Origin: Takakia lepidozioides
Lineage: Eukaryota > Plantae > Bryophyta
Assembly: GCA_030704615.1 (NCBI GenBank)
Contig: CM060731.1
Location: 70,556,001 to 70,620,000, forward strand
Length of the DNA stretch: 64,000 nt
Direction: 5' to 3'
In this document: piece after piece, positions 1 through 11,495 of the stretch
Layout: every line of letters begins with the position of its first letter
Position numbering within the stretch: position 1 is the first letter of the stretch
The notes under the pieces: generated by a model
Told to the model about the DNA's origin: nothing
The model's database searches: none
Seen by the model: only the letters and a program-made list of their open reading frames with translations
Program-made: the position numbers and the translations under genes

Positions 1-1278
1 GAGCCAAATGCAGTCAGTAACTTTATGCTTGAGATCAATGCTGCTCAGTAATCCCTGAGCTTTTTAAGTAGTTAACCACATCATAGTAAACTATGAAGAG
101 AACCATGTGACACCCTATGGTACCTTGCAAAGTTGTTTGGGATATTTGTTGTTGCACCTCATATCCATGACATTGGAGCACAAGGCTGAGAAAGGGAGCA
201 CTGGGGTGGCAATGGCAGGTGTCTCCTACAGAGATCCGTGGTACACTGGGAACAGCGAACTAACTTTCCATCTGTGTGGGCATTCTGATGGCTCTTATTG
301 TGGGGCTTCCCCTGAGTGGCAACCCTGCCTGATACTGATTGGACACTGATGTGTTTGTGGACAGATGAAATATTCAAAGAACATGTGCAGCATGATTTGT
401 TTTTGTATTCTAGTCTTTCTTGTCTTGAGGGTGAAGGGTTGCTTTAGGCCTTCCAGTCATATAGAGGCACATGACATTTGGTCCAGTTAGTTGGAAGGCA
501 TAGTATCTGTAATGGGCATTTGTGGTGGCCAAAATGGTCCTTTGAGTGAGTGCAAGGTAGACAATACTGGTGCTGGGTAAATGGTTGGTACATTGTTTCG
601 CAAATTGAACATGTATTCAATCAAAGTTAATTGGATGCCACTGTGAGACGTTGCCTTGTATGGAAATGGACGTCAGATTCTTTCTTTGGGGTGATAAAAC
701 AGGTGGCGTAGCATGTTTGCATTGGCTGCAGTGTCCTCCTTTGTTTGGGCATGGCATACACTCCAGAAAGCCCACGTTGGCTATGCAAGGTTAACTTCCA
801 TCCATATACGATGCATCTTGATTTTCTGTATCTTGTTGTTTTTGCAACAGGGTGACTATGCAGAGTTGGAATGTTGAACAACTTCAAATAGAGAATTGAG
901 TCTAGAACAACAATTGTGTGTAATGTGGCTAGCACAACAAATGATTCAACGGAATGATGCTGGAGTGTGCAACAAGGGAGGATAGCAAAGGCAGAGACAC
1001 GGCAAGACAACTGTGGGGCAAGGCAAAGTTTGAGGTGGCCTTGGCAGACAAAGAACTACCCCAACCAGTACAGACCCAGCCAGTCTTATTCACCCAACTA
1101 TCGACTCTCTGAAGAAGAGTTCTACAACCAGCCTATCACAAATCCAAACTACCTGAAGCATATCGGATTATATTATATTAGATTTCCCGGCAGTAAGCAG
1201 TCCTTCCATATTGATCCGTCACCCTTTGATTTGCAGCAAACTTTTGTTGTGTAATTTCCAGAGATCCCTGGTGACATC

Positions 1279-1440
1279 ATCAAATCTGCAATTGTACCAG
1301 ATGTCATCCTGAACATTGGTCTGATGGCCATGTATGCTAAATGTGGGAGCATCTAGGATGCCAAGGGAGTGTTCAACACTATGGCTGAACCAGATGTGGT
1401 GTCGTGGAATGCGATGCTTGCAGGGTGTGCAGAGCAGGAG
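1279..1440 (+). pseudogene. PLS-class pentatricopeptide repeat (PPR) gene fragment
   Basis: Manual translation IKSAIVPDVILNIGLMAMYAKCGSI*DAKGVFNTMAEPDVVSWNAMLAGCAEQ has the MYAKCG..DA..VF..M...DVVSWNAM signature of plant PLS-PPR motifs, with an in-frame TAG. Confidence 0.8.
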
Positions 1441-3374
1441 CGCGGGATGGGGCTTTGGACACCTGAAAGCAAATGATGGGGAAAGGGGTGAAGGTACCTT
1501 CTTCAACATAATTCACCATGTTTTCCCTGCTAGTGTGTGCTTTGACAATTCTAGGCTGTCATTGTTAGCTTCTAGCAGCAAGGCGAGGATGTATGCATGA
1601 TTTGTGCAGAGGCATCGATAGCTGAAGGAGAAGGGATTTCGTGTGGGTCCAGATTCATCCAAGAGGGCCAGATTTCAAGCACAAGATTACCTGTGATTCC
1701 CTGTGGATCAATAGCTACAAGAAACCTGCATGGGTAGATGGTCAACTGGCAGCAGCGGCAGTGATAAAATCAGGCACTGCTAATGAAGGCATCTTCTTCA
1801 ACACATTTCACCCTGTTTTTCCCTCTTATCAGAATCGGCCCTAAATTTTCATGTTCAATTCTGCAAGTTAGCTGGTTGAGTGAATCTAGTTTGGAGTGAC
1901 TTTGACATGATACTGCCAATGTGACAACAAGAAAGTGTCAAAAAATAGGTAATAGAGATGAGGAGAAGTTGTGGAATGAATACTTATCTGAGCCCAGTCA
2001 CTGATGGGTCAACCGGGGCAGAAAGGTGTATGCCTGCTACATTTCAGAGAGCAGCAGACATAATTCAGATAGGAACTAGTGTGCTACGCTGAGTTGGGTG
2101 TTTCCTAGAACAAATATAGGCTATCATTGTCAACTGCTAGCAGCAAGGCAAGGATGAATGCTTGATTTGTGCAGAGGCATGGATAGCTGAAGGAGTAGAG
2201 ATAGAATGTGGGTGACGTAGGGTGTTGGGCAATGGGCAAGACGTCTTTGTATAAACGTGAGTGACCTTCCTATCCTCCTGGCTCTCATTTTTTGTGCATG
2301 TTTCTTTGTGAAGTATCTGACGACTTCGCCAACACACACCAACCTTTTTGCTTTGGTTTGTTTACGAGTCCATGGGATAGAAGTTACCATAAACAACACT
2401 GGCATTGGTTTTTCATATATGGTATTAGATAATTCTCTATTGTTTTCGCCTTGGCAGGTTGCTCAGTGACCTTCCTTGGACGCTTTGGAGTATAGCGAGT
2501 GAGTATCTCACAATGCAATGTTGGTTGGCGCATCTTATGCAAGAACTTGGAAAAGAAACATATGTCCTTGTTGTAATAATTCTTAAAGACATGCAAGCCT
2601 TAGTTTTTGATGGGTTGCAGATTGATGGAATACATAAGTAGTTAGAAGATTATGGGTGAACACTTTTCAAAGTGTTATAGTTAGACAATTAATTCACATG
2701 AGAACATGTGACAATTTTATGTATTTTTAGATCTGTACGATAATGATAATGATAAATATTGGTAAATAGAGATGGTGTACAATCTCTTGGTTTTGCTCAG
2801 CTTGTTGCAGTTATGTCTTGCTGCTTTGTTCTCTTTGTATTATATATTATATATTATTGTTGTAATAGACATGTATATGAGTACTATCATAGTCATTATA
2901 ATGACTACATCTATTTTCACTCTCCAATAGTACTACACCACGTGGCATAATTACAAATATGTAAAAAAATAGCAATACACCCAAAAAAACACCCATCATG
3001 ACACATGTCAATCTGCTGAGGGACCACGTGTAAAAACTGCAACGCGCCACATGTTGCAACCGGATTAGCACACCTGTAGTCATAGTTCACAGTCATGGAG
3101 AACGAACACTTTGCTACGTGTCATTTCCTGTATCGAGCACGTGTCACTCTTGCACAACCGTTGACATGGACTAACTGTCCGTTCAGTCATTCAGTAAAGC
3201 CAGCGTGTATGACTACCCCCACATCTGCTCAGGCGCCACATCATAGCCAGCCTGGAGAGTCATATCTGCCATGTCACAACTGACTAGGGCTTTACGTCTT
3301 CAGAGTCAGGAAATCGTAAATGGCTTCCATGACTGCATTTGCAGTCATAACACAGAGACGTAACAGCCGCAATC

Positions 3375-5196
3375 TGTTGTAGTGTATAGCTCATATGAGG
3401 GGGAGTGCTTAGCTGCAGTGTGGGCCGTGGCACACTTCAGGTGCTATCTATAAGGTAATCTCTTCACCCTTGTCACGGATCACCAACCACTAAAGCGGTT
3501 GATAGAGTCAGACAAGCTTACGGGGAAGCTTGCACGGTGGGCACTTATACTCCAAGAGTATAACTTTCAGGTTGTGCATCGACCAGGTTTGGTCAATAGG
3601 GATGCGGATGGATTGAGTCGCAATCCATGCACGAGCCAGCAGGATGACACTGGAGCTCGGTGGCATGGTGAGACGGACGAGGAGATGGTGTCGGGATGAC
3701 ATGCATCTGCCTTCTTGTGTATCTTGGCATCGGGGGGTCAGGTTGGACCTACAACAGGGATGACTGTAGACGGATTGTCTAAGGACCCTGAGGCTAGTGA
3801 TGAGTCAGGTGGTGGCAGAGATATGCATGAGGATTCGGTTGTGTTGGAATACCTCCGCACTAGAGACACGACAACTAGTGTGACTGCCAAGGAGAGGGAT
3901 CAGATCCTGCAACGAGCCAAGAGGTTCAAATGGGAGGGGATACACCTGCTTCGAGTGTGGGAGGATGGTCGGGTGAGGATCGTGCCTCACCCAACACAGC
4001 GTGCACGGTTAGTGCGGCATACCCATGAGAAGTTGGGGCATTTTGGAGTGCGACGCACTCATTGTTTACTGCAGGGGCAGTATTGGTGGCGTGGTATGCA
4101 CACAGAGGTGCAACAGTTCGTGGCTAGGTGCATGGTGTGTGACAGGGTGCGTGCTTTATTCAACGCCCTTACACCACAGTTGCATCCATTACCCATCATG
4201 GGATTGGGCTACAGGGGAGTCTTGACTTCGCAAGGCCTTTGCCACTGACGATGCATCACCACAGATATGTGTTGGTGATGGTGGAGCACTTCTCCAAGTG
4301 GATTGAGTTGGTTCCATTGCCTGACAAGGCTAGTGAGGGGGTTGCGTATGCATTCCTGGATCGTGTGCTTAGCCGATTCGGTGCTCCAGCTGAAGTACTC
4401 ACAGACCAAGGGAGAGAGTTCTTGGGGGAGTTTCAGGCTTTGTGTGATAAAGCCTTGAAAGACCACCGTACCACTTCTCGGGATCATCCTGAGGTCGATG
4501 GCTTGGCAGAGAGAGTGGTGCAGACGGTGAAGAGAGGTTTGCGCAAGTATGGCTTGCAAAAGGGACACCTAGGAGATTGGGATCTTCAGGTACCTTGGCT
4601 AGTCATGGGCTACAGGTTTAGCAAGCAAGCGTCGCTTGCCTCCTTCTCACCATACTTTCTTCTCTTTGGCCGAGAGCCAGATTTGCCTACGTCTATTCGC
4701 AGGGAGGCTGCAGTAGTCCTCAACCTTGATGATCCGGATGTGTGGACACAAGCATGTGCCCAGCGGGCAGAGTTGTTCAAGAGAGTCATGCCTATGGCTT
4801 TTGAGAATCTTGCTATTGCCCAACATCGAGACACATTGAGGTATGTCACTATACGTGGAGGGGGATATCGGCCAGGTGTTTGGCGTTTCCACCCTGGGGA
4901 CTATGTGTATCTGCAGCAGACAGCGCCTACGACCTTGGATGTCACAGCAGGACGTGTGATTCTAAGGGTCAGGGAGGTGTTGCCTTCAGGAGTGTTAATT
5001 TTGGAGGGTCGAGATAGCATGGTATGGAAGGACCATGTGCGTAATTGTGCGTCATGTCACCTTCCACATGTGGATGGGAGGATAGATCCCAACCTTGCAG
5101 TGGTACCTACAGGATTGCGTTGCATGCTATGTGGGCATGCTCGTGGTGCCGCCACTATGCTGGTGTGTGATCGATGCTCAAGAGGTTGGCACATGG
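3375..5196 (+). mobile_element. Degenerate Ty3/Gypsy pol fragment: RNase H end, integrase, C-terminal PHD finger (truncated)
   Basis: YSSYEGECLAAVWAVAHFR..VTDHQPLK..LARWALILQEY..ADGLSR (RNase H); HEKLGHFG..YWWRGM..CMVC (integrase Zn finger); FSKWIE..LTDQGREF..DGLAERVVQT (core); CMLC..MLVCDRCSRGWHM (PHD). Stops and frameshifts present. Confidence 0.9.
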
Positions 5197-5439
5197 GAGG
5201 TAGCTCACAAGACATGGGAGGCCAAGTTCATAGGTGTCAATACCCAAGATCTCAAGCTCAAATTCAAAGGTTGCAAGACGGCGACTAACGATGGGGCAAC
5301 TCTTGTACCCGGCCTCTTGATCTATCGAGTTTGAGTGTAGTAGGGACAGTGGTGGAGGACTTAGTGAGGCTATGGCCACTATCACATCTTGTGGCTACCT
5401 AGACTTAGAGGGACCTAAGCGCCAGCTAGGGAGGCGATT

Positions 5440-5665
5440 GTGATGGACTAGTGGCTGCACTAGTGGTTGTCTAATGGCAGCCTAGTGGTGGACTAGTGGC
5501 TGCACTAGTGGTGGCTAGTGGCAGCCTAGTGGTTGGACTAGTGGCTGCACTAGTGGTGGCTAGTGACAGCCTAGTGGTTGGACTAGTGGCAGCACTAGTG
5601 ATGACTAGTGGTTGTCTAGTGACAGCCTAGTGGTGTACTAGTGGTAGACTAGTGATAGACTAATG
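5440..5665. repeat. CTAGTGG-based minisatellite, copy 1
   Basis: Tandem 10-12-nt subunits (actagtggctgc / ctagtggcagc / ctagtggtgg) in a ~45-nt higher-order unit. Confidence 0.9.
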
Positions 5666-6047
5666 TTTGGTGTGCACATGTGTTGTGTGGTTTTGGACAG
5701 CGATGTAGTTGTGTAGCGATGTGTATGCGCACGATAGTTGTCAAGTTATTTTACCACTAGTGTGAAGTTAGCTAGGAAAAAGCTAGCTTTTATATATTGA
5801 CATTTGGGATTGACCCAAGTGTCAATCCAGGGGCCAATACATGTTTGGGCACCTGGCGTTGTTATCTTCACGGCAGATCGCGGTGGGCTCATCTTTCTCA
5901 AGTTGAGCCTCACCGCGTCTAGCTATGGCGTCGTAGTGTGGATTCCCCATGGCGTGGGGTGCACTTGGCTTGACTTAATATATGAGTGATGTTTTCATGT
6001 GCGAGTTTGAGAGAGCTTGTATGCTTGTATCATTCCTTTCCTTATCA

Positions 6048-6235
6048 TTGTGATGGACTAGTGGCAGTCTAGTGATGGACTAGTGGCTGCACTAGTGGTT
6101 GTCCAGTGGCAGCCTAGTGGTGGACTAGTGGCTGCACTAGTGGTTGTCCAGTGGCAGCCTAGTGGTGGACTAGTGGCTGCACTAGTGGTGGCTAGTGGCA
6201 GCCTAGTGATGGACTAGTAGCTGCACTAGTGGTTC
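6048..6235. repeat. CTAGTGG-based minisatellite, copy 2
   Basis: Same subunits and the same entry sequence (attgtgatggactagtgg) as the 5440 copy. Confidence 0.9.
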
Positions 6236-6549
6236 TTAGGATAATGATTGGATAAATGTATGAAGCCTCGATAGGAGATACATAGGAGATTGCACTTGGA
6301 CTTAGATGACATTGGATACTTGGGCCAACGGCACATGCTACCCTAGATATCGAATTATAGAAATATGAACAATTTTGGTTGCTGGAAATTCAACTAAATT
6401 ACATTGGAGGTCGCACTTGGGCCTCTTATATACATGGGAGACTTGGATACATATTAGGAAATTGTACTTGGTTTTTCGATTTCAATTCTTCACACTTGGG
6501 CCACTGGCACAGGCCCAATGGCACAGGCTACCCTAGTATATATGTATAT

Positions 6550-6760
6550 GACACCAAGTTGTAGCGCAGTGGTAATGGGCACAATATACCACCTCGAAAG
6601 TGGTTGTGGGTTCAATCCACCGATTGATGTCACAAAAGGTGTCCACCTTCCAGCTGGAAGGCAGTAGTCCTTCAGGGTCAAGAAACACCATAATTTACAC
6701 TTCCTTTGGGAGGCATCATATGTATATGTGTGTGTGTGTGTGCGTGCGCGCGCGCGCAAA
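6550..6760 (+). mobile_element. tRNA-derived SINE (family A) with TA/TG microsatellite tail
   Basis: Pol III A box TAGCGCAGTGG (~6562) and B box GGTTCAATCC (~6609), a ~100-nt body, then a (TA)/(TG)n tail. A second copy lies inverted at 6942-7082. Confidence 0.7.
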
Positions 6761-6941
6761 CGCAAATGTCACATCCCTAAAACAATCTCTTTATATTATT
6801 ATTATTATTATTTTCGGGTGCTCTTAAAATCCAAATATATCATAGCTGAAAATCAACTTGTACTGATAACTGGATCGGTAGTCTTACAGACAACTGGGAC
6901 ACTTTTTTGGGACCCTTCTATTGATAACCGACTTAATTATC

Positions 6942-7082
6942 ATATATATATATATGACGCCTCCCGAATGAAGCGTAAATTATGGTGTTTCTTGACCCCG
7001 AAGGGCTATTGTCTTCCAGCATAAAGGGGGTCACCTTTGTTACACCAATCAGTGGATTGAACCCACAACCACTTCCAAGGTG
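6942..7082 (-). mobile_element. 5'-truncated inverted copy of SINE family A
   Basis: Reverse complement matches 6590-6725 (gtggttgtgggttcaatccac..gggtcaagaaacaccataatttac..gggaggc.tcata) and ends in (TA)n. Confidence 0.75.
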
Positions 7083-7084
7083 AC

Positions 7085-7430
7085 TCCCAAACTGGAGAAG
7101 AGCAGAATATATTATCCTCTTTAATATTCAAAAGCATAAGAGAAGGAGAGAAGCACAAATCAGCATACCAGATGGAGTAAAGGGCAAGCGCCTTATCCCA
7201 AACTGCCATCGCAAAAGGGCAAAGCACCAAACAGTGTTCCAAATTTTCAAGCGCGTGAAAATTGCAGGAAATACATTCACCCGGGGAGTCCGAGAACTGA
7301 GCTACAACACGAAGTATCCTATTAGGAACCCTCCAAAGAAAGGCAGATACCTTTGTGGCTCTATGCTTTTTCAAATGTCAACCCAAACAGATTTCCAAGA
7401 AACGGGGTGACCATGGAGGTGATTCCATTT
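7085..7430 (-). mobile_element. LINE ORF2 C-terminal zinc-finger (zf-RVT-like) fragment
   Basis: KVSAFLWRV..CISCNFHALENLEHCLVLCPFAMAVW fits the K...FLW..CxxC..E...H....C....VW pattern of L1-type elements. Confidence 0.75.
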
Positions 7431-7456
7431 TTTCTTTTCTTTTTCAGTTTTAATTT

Positions 7457-7499
<43 letters not shown>

Positions 7500-7784
7500 G
7501 AAAGATAATCAGAATAATATAAGATCTTAACGCACAAGTGCAACCTCTACATATAGGCAGTTACGGCTACAACTTGGAAAACTAGGGTAGCCTGTGCCGT
7601 TGGGCCCAATCTCCTATGTATCCATGTGCATCTCCCTTGTAGAGGCCCAAATGCAACCTCAAGTGTCCAATGTCACCTAAGTCCAAGTGCAATTCCAAAG
7701 CCCACTTTGCTATTTTTCATGAATTTCCAGCGACCAAAAGTACTGAAATTCCACATCTCCCACATTGCAAGTCCAAAGCACATC

Positions 7785-8053
7785 GGCTGGTAGCTCAGTT
7801 GGTAAGTGCATGGTGTGTCGCCCTGGTGATTCGGTGTTCAAACCCGCTGCCCTGTCCGTGTGTGGGATTGTTCGCGACGGTATGTCTGGGCGTTGATCGT
7901 CATGTAGACCTCAGGGCCCATAAATGAAAGGGGGTTAATTTATCCCCCTCCTCAAGAGCCTGAATTGTGGGCTGTCGCTCCCAGGTTCCCTTGATTTTAA
8001 TTATTTAAATTTAAAAAACTAAAAATTATTTAAAAACAATTAACCAAAAAAAG
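7785..8053 (+). mobile_element. tRNA-derived SINE (family B)
   Basis: A box TAGCTCAGTTGG (7791-7802), B box GTTCAAACC (7836-7844), an unrelated body and an A-rich tail. It interrupts the local aagtccaagtgcaa repeat. Confidence 0.7.
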
Positions 8054-10869
8054 AATTGAAATCTAAGTCCAAGTGCAATCCCCTATGTATTCAAGTAGCG
8101 TCTCATATGTCAAGGCCCATGTGTGAAGAATTGAAATCTAAGCCAAGTGCAATTTCTTATGGGAGAATGCTTGCGCGTGAGCCTGTGAGCCTGGCTAGGC
8201 TCACGCCACGTCAGCAAGCATCCACGTGTTCAGGCCCTAATTCCGTGCTTACCCCCCCCCCCCCCCCCCCCTATTACCGCGGATCAGCTGTCGCCTATGT
8301 CCTAATTTTTTATCCCTCTTCATGGCCCCCACATGAATATTCTTTGTGGCCGAGAACAATGGCAGGTTTGCGGATGAATTATGATTGAGGTCATGACTTT
8401 GGAATGAGGAGATCGTCCACTAGAGAACTGAATATTAAAAGCAAACATTTTTTTTGGGCAAAGCAGTACATTCATTCCAACACACAAACATTTTTCAATT
8501 CCGCAATCCGAAGACCTATCCTAGGCAATCCCTAACTGTACTTATGGGAACGCGCAAAGAACTTGAAAAACAGTTTGGAGATGGAAGCAAAACCAAAACA
8601 CAATTTATTGAGCCTCGGTACTTGAACCTAAAGAAATATTGGAGGTTTCAGATGAACCACTTCCATAGTTTACAGCAATATCATCTATGAATACAGCAGC
8701 ACATCCATGACGTTTTTTTTTTCCACAACCTTCATGGAGATGCGAATACAGTGTTTGTTCGAATAACACCCGTGCGCAAGCTTCCGCGTAAACCGGCAAG
8801 CGGTTGGATCTAGGGGGGCTCGGGGACATGTAGTATCCTTGGAAACCGAAAGGTGTCTGCTGATTCGATGACTGGTGCTGAACTCTGCAAAGCAAGAAGA
8901 GGAATGGTGGTAGATGTTAACATCCAGATATAGACAACGGAAGCCACTATCTCTCGAATGGGAACGACACAAGGAAATGCAACATATTTTGAACGACTAC
9001 ACAAGAACTTACTCACACTCAAAATCGGAGTCCACGTCCAGATCCTCGTCAGGCGCTTCGGGCTCCTCCAGAAGTCCCTCTGTGGATGGGGCAGAAGTAG
9101 TGCCCGACTCAAGCTGACGAAGCTCGCTTGAGAAGAGCTCCGTATCAGCTTCCATGCCGAAGAAGTGCCTTCCGGCGCTCTTGCAAGCATGAAAACATGC
9201 TCCTGCAAATCCAAGAAGAACGAGAAATAAAAACAGGGTTTCCCTAAGGTCACTGCCCATATGTCAAACACAATGTGAAGGGCCCCACCTGTGCCCATAG
9301 ACAAGTCAACCACTCGTCCACCATGACGGCTGCATGTCTCCACCAAAGTCTGCATGAAAGCTGGAGATTTCTCCCGTGCACCTCTCCAAGGGACACCAAT
9401 CGACCTTTTCATAGTCCGACCCGAGTCGACGTAATTGAAGATAACATCATCCTCCATAGGCTCACGGGTGGGGTCAATGTGAGCTGCAAGGTCCCTCAAC
9501 TGAAACTCAGCAACACCAGCAGGAAGAGTGTCATTCCGCCTCACCAGGCACAAAGCTTCGAACACCCGTGTCTGTCAATAATCACGAAGAGAGAATGTGA
9601 CAGAAGACATAACCCACCATTTTGATTTACCGAAAAACCACGAAACATCAATTGAAAGGAACCAACTCACTTTCTGCCCCGGGAACTCGCCCTTTGTAAG
9701 AGGCAGAGTATTGATGCATGTCCAAGTTTTGATGACACGAAACCCGGAAGCTTTCATGTAGCTGAAAAGAGTTCTTCGAGCCGACATGTCCTTTGACTGC
9801 ATGAGAAGAAGAGCCCCCGAGTCCGAAAGGAACTTGTTGCTGAACGAGAAAGCCCACTGCCAGTAACGAGAATCCGATTTGTTCCAAGTCGGGGTCGAAT
9901 TGGAAGGAAACACATCAGGGACAGGAAAACCGTCAGGAATGTCCAGCACCACAAGGTCAGTTGCGTATGCCTGCTGAACTCCATTCACCCATTCCGGACT
10001 TTTTGTGACCTACAGCCAAAAACATGAGACAGTGTAAGAAGCCCAATCCAAATCTAACAGGAGATCAATCCCCTGGACAAGCCACAACAAGCTGCCAAAA
10101 CACAATTATTCATACAACAGTTTAGACATAAGTGTTCACCTGAGTGAGGAACGAAACAAGCATGTCCCATGATTTCGAGGGCACCCCTTTGAATGTGGAC
10201 TTCCTGGACTCCATCATTGCAAGAAAACTTTCATTCAGCACCTTACGATTGAACTGGCCCAAAACCCTGGAGGGATGTTCTCTCGCCTCGAAAACTTGCT
10301 CCCTCGACTTTGATGTTCTCCTATCCCTCCTTGCGGGAGAAGGCTGTCTTTCAGGAACCTCTGACGGTCCCTGTCCTTGCGGAGCTGCACTTTTCCCCTT
10401 CCCCTTCGGATCCCCGACAATCTTCCCCTTTCGTTTTGGAGTAGCAGTTTTCTCGGGCTCTTTTGCAGCCAGAGCCGAAATGATTTTGTCCTGGATGTCT
10501 TTGTCAGCCAATGGGGCAATCGCTGCGGCATTGTCGTTCAGGTTTCTCAAAACAACTTCATCGAATGGAGTGTCCTGTTTTGGCAGGTCGAGGTACCACC
10601 CACAGTCTCGGAAGTGCACCCTGCTCCAGTCTTTGGCAATACCAGCCGTGTACATTGTCTTGTCATTGGAGGGGTCAGCCCATGAATAGATGAAGTCTGG
10701 GTCATCGCTAAGGTACTTTCCCGGTATGAGGATATGATACATATACCTGAATCACACACAAAAAACCCAGACAGTCATTCGATCAGAAAACGAAAAAGAA
10801 CACACATCCGGAAAAAGATATTGAAATGCAGGAAGGCAACACTGAGAATTCTACTTTTGAAATCCCGAA

Positions 10870-11495
10870 TCAACCTTGCGTTGACGCAATGTTCATTCGA
10901 GCAGAAATGGGGAACACCAAATGATAATGTTGTATTGATAGAGACAACGACTAAGAAGCGCAATTCAACATTGCTTCAACGCAAGGTTGTTTTCATTCAG
11001 AGAGGAAATGGAAAACACTGCCTGAAAACTACCATCTGACTATGTACTGGTGCGGATATTCAACATTGCGTTGGCGCAATGTTGAAATCCTCTGTTGAAA
11101 CACATGTCAATGCTATCTGATAATCATAAGTTTCCTACAATTGTATTGAAATCGGGGGATGGCTGCGGGAAATTTCCAGCAATCCATACCGCCAAACAAC
11201 CTTGCGTCAACGCAAGTCTGTTTGTTGGTACAGTGAAAGTTGTAAATAACATTTCAAACCGACTCCAAACACTCTTATGTTCATCTTGGCAGCATTGGAA
11301 CTGGATTTGAACTACCCAAAACCACAGGAAAAGCTACATAGCCTGCCAACTTCATCAACCTTGCGTTGACGCAAGGCTGATTTTCCTGTCAGTTTATCCC
11401 CTTTCACATTCAGAAAAACGGCATTATGGGATACCCAGGTATAGGTAAGTGAAACCAGGACAATGGGAAACAACCTTGCGTTAACGCAATGTTGC
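10870..11495. repeat. Six dispersed 26-bp palindromes TCAACCTTGCG-TTGA-CGCAAGGTTGA in the 879-nt intron
   Basis: Copies start at ~10870, 10965, 11060, 11196, 11355 and 11470. Confidence 0.9.

Noticed and set aside
1-3370. Intact host gene at the window start
   Set aside because: Only a stop-containing PPR fragment and short unassignable ORFs; I could not build a coherent exon chain.
7785-7855. tRNA gene (also at ~6555-6625)
   Set aside because: A and B boxes are present, but there is no convincing cloverleaf or acceptor stem, and each continues into a body and tail typical of SINEs.
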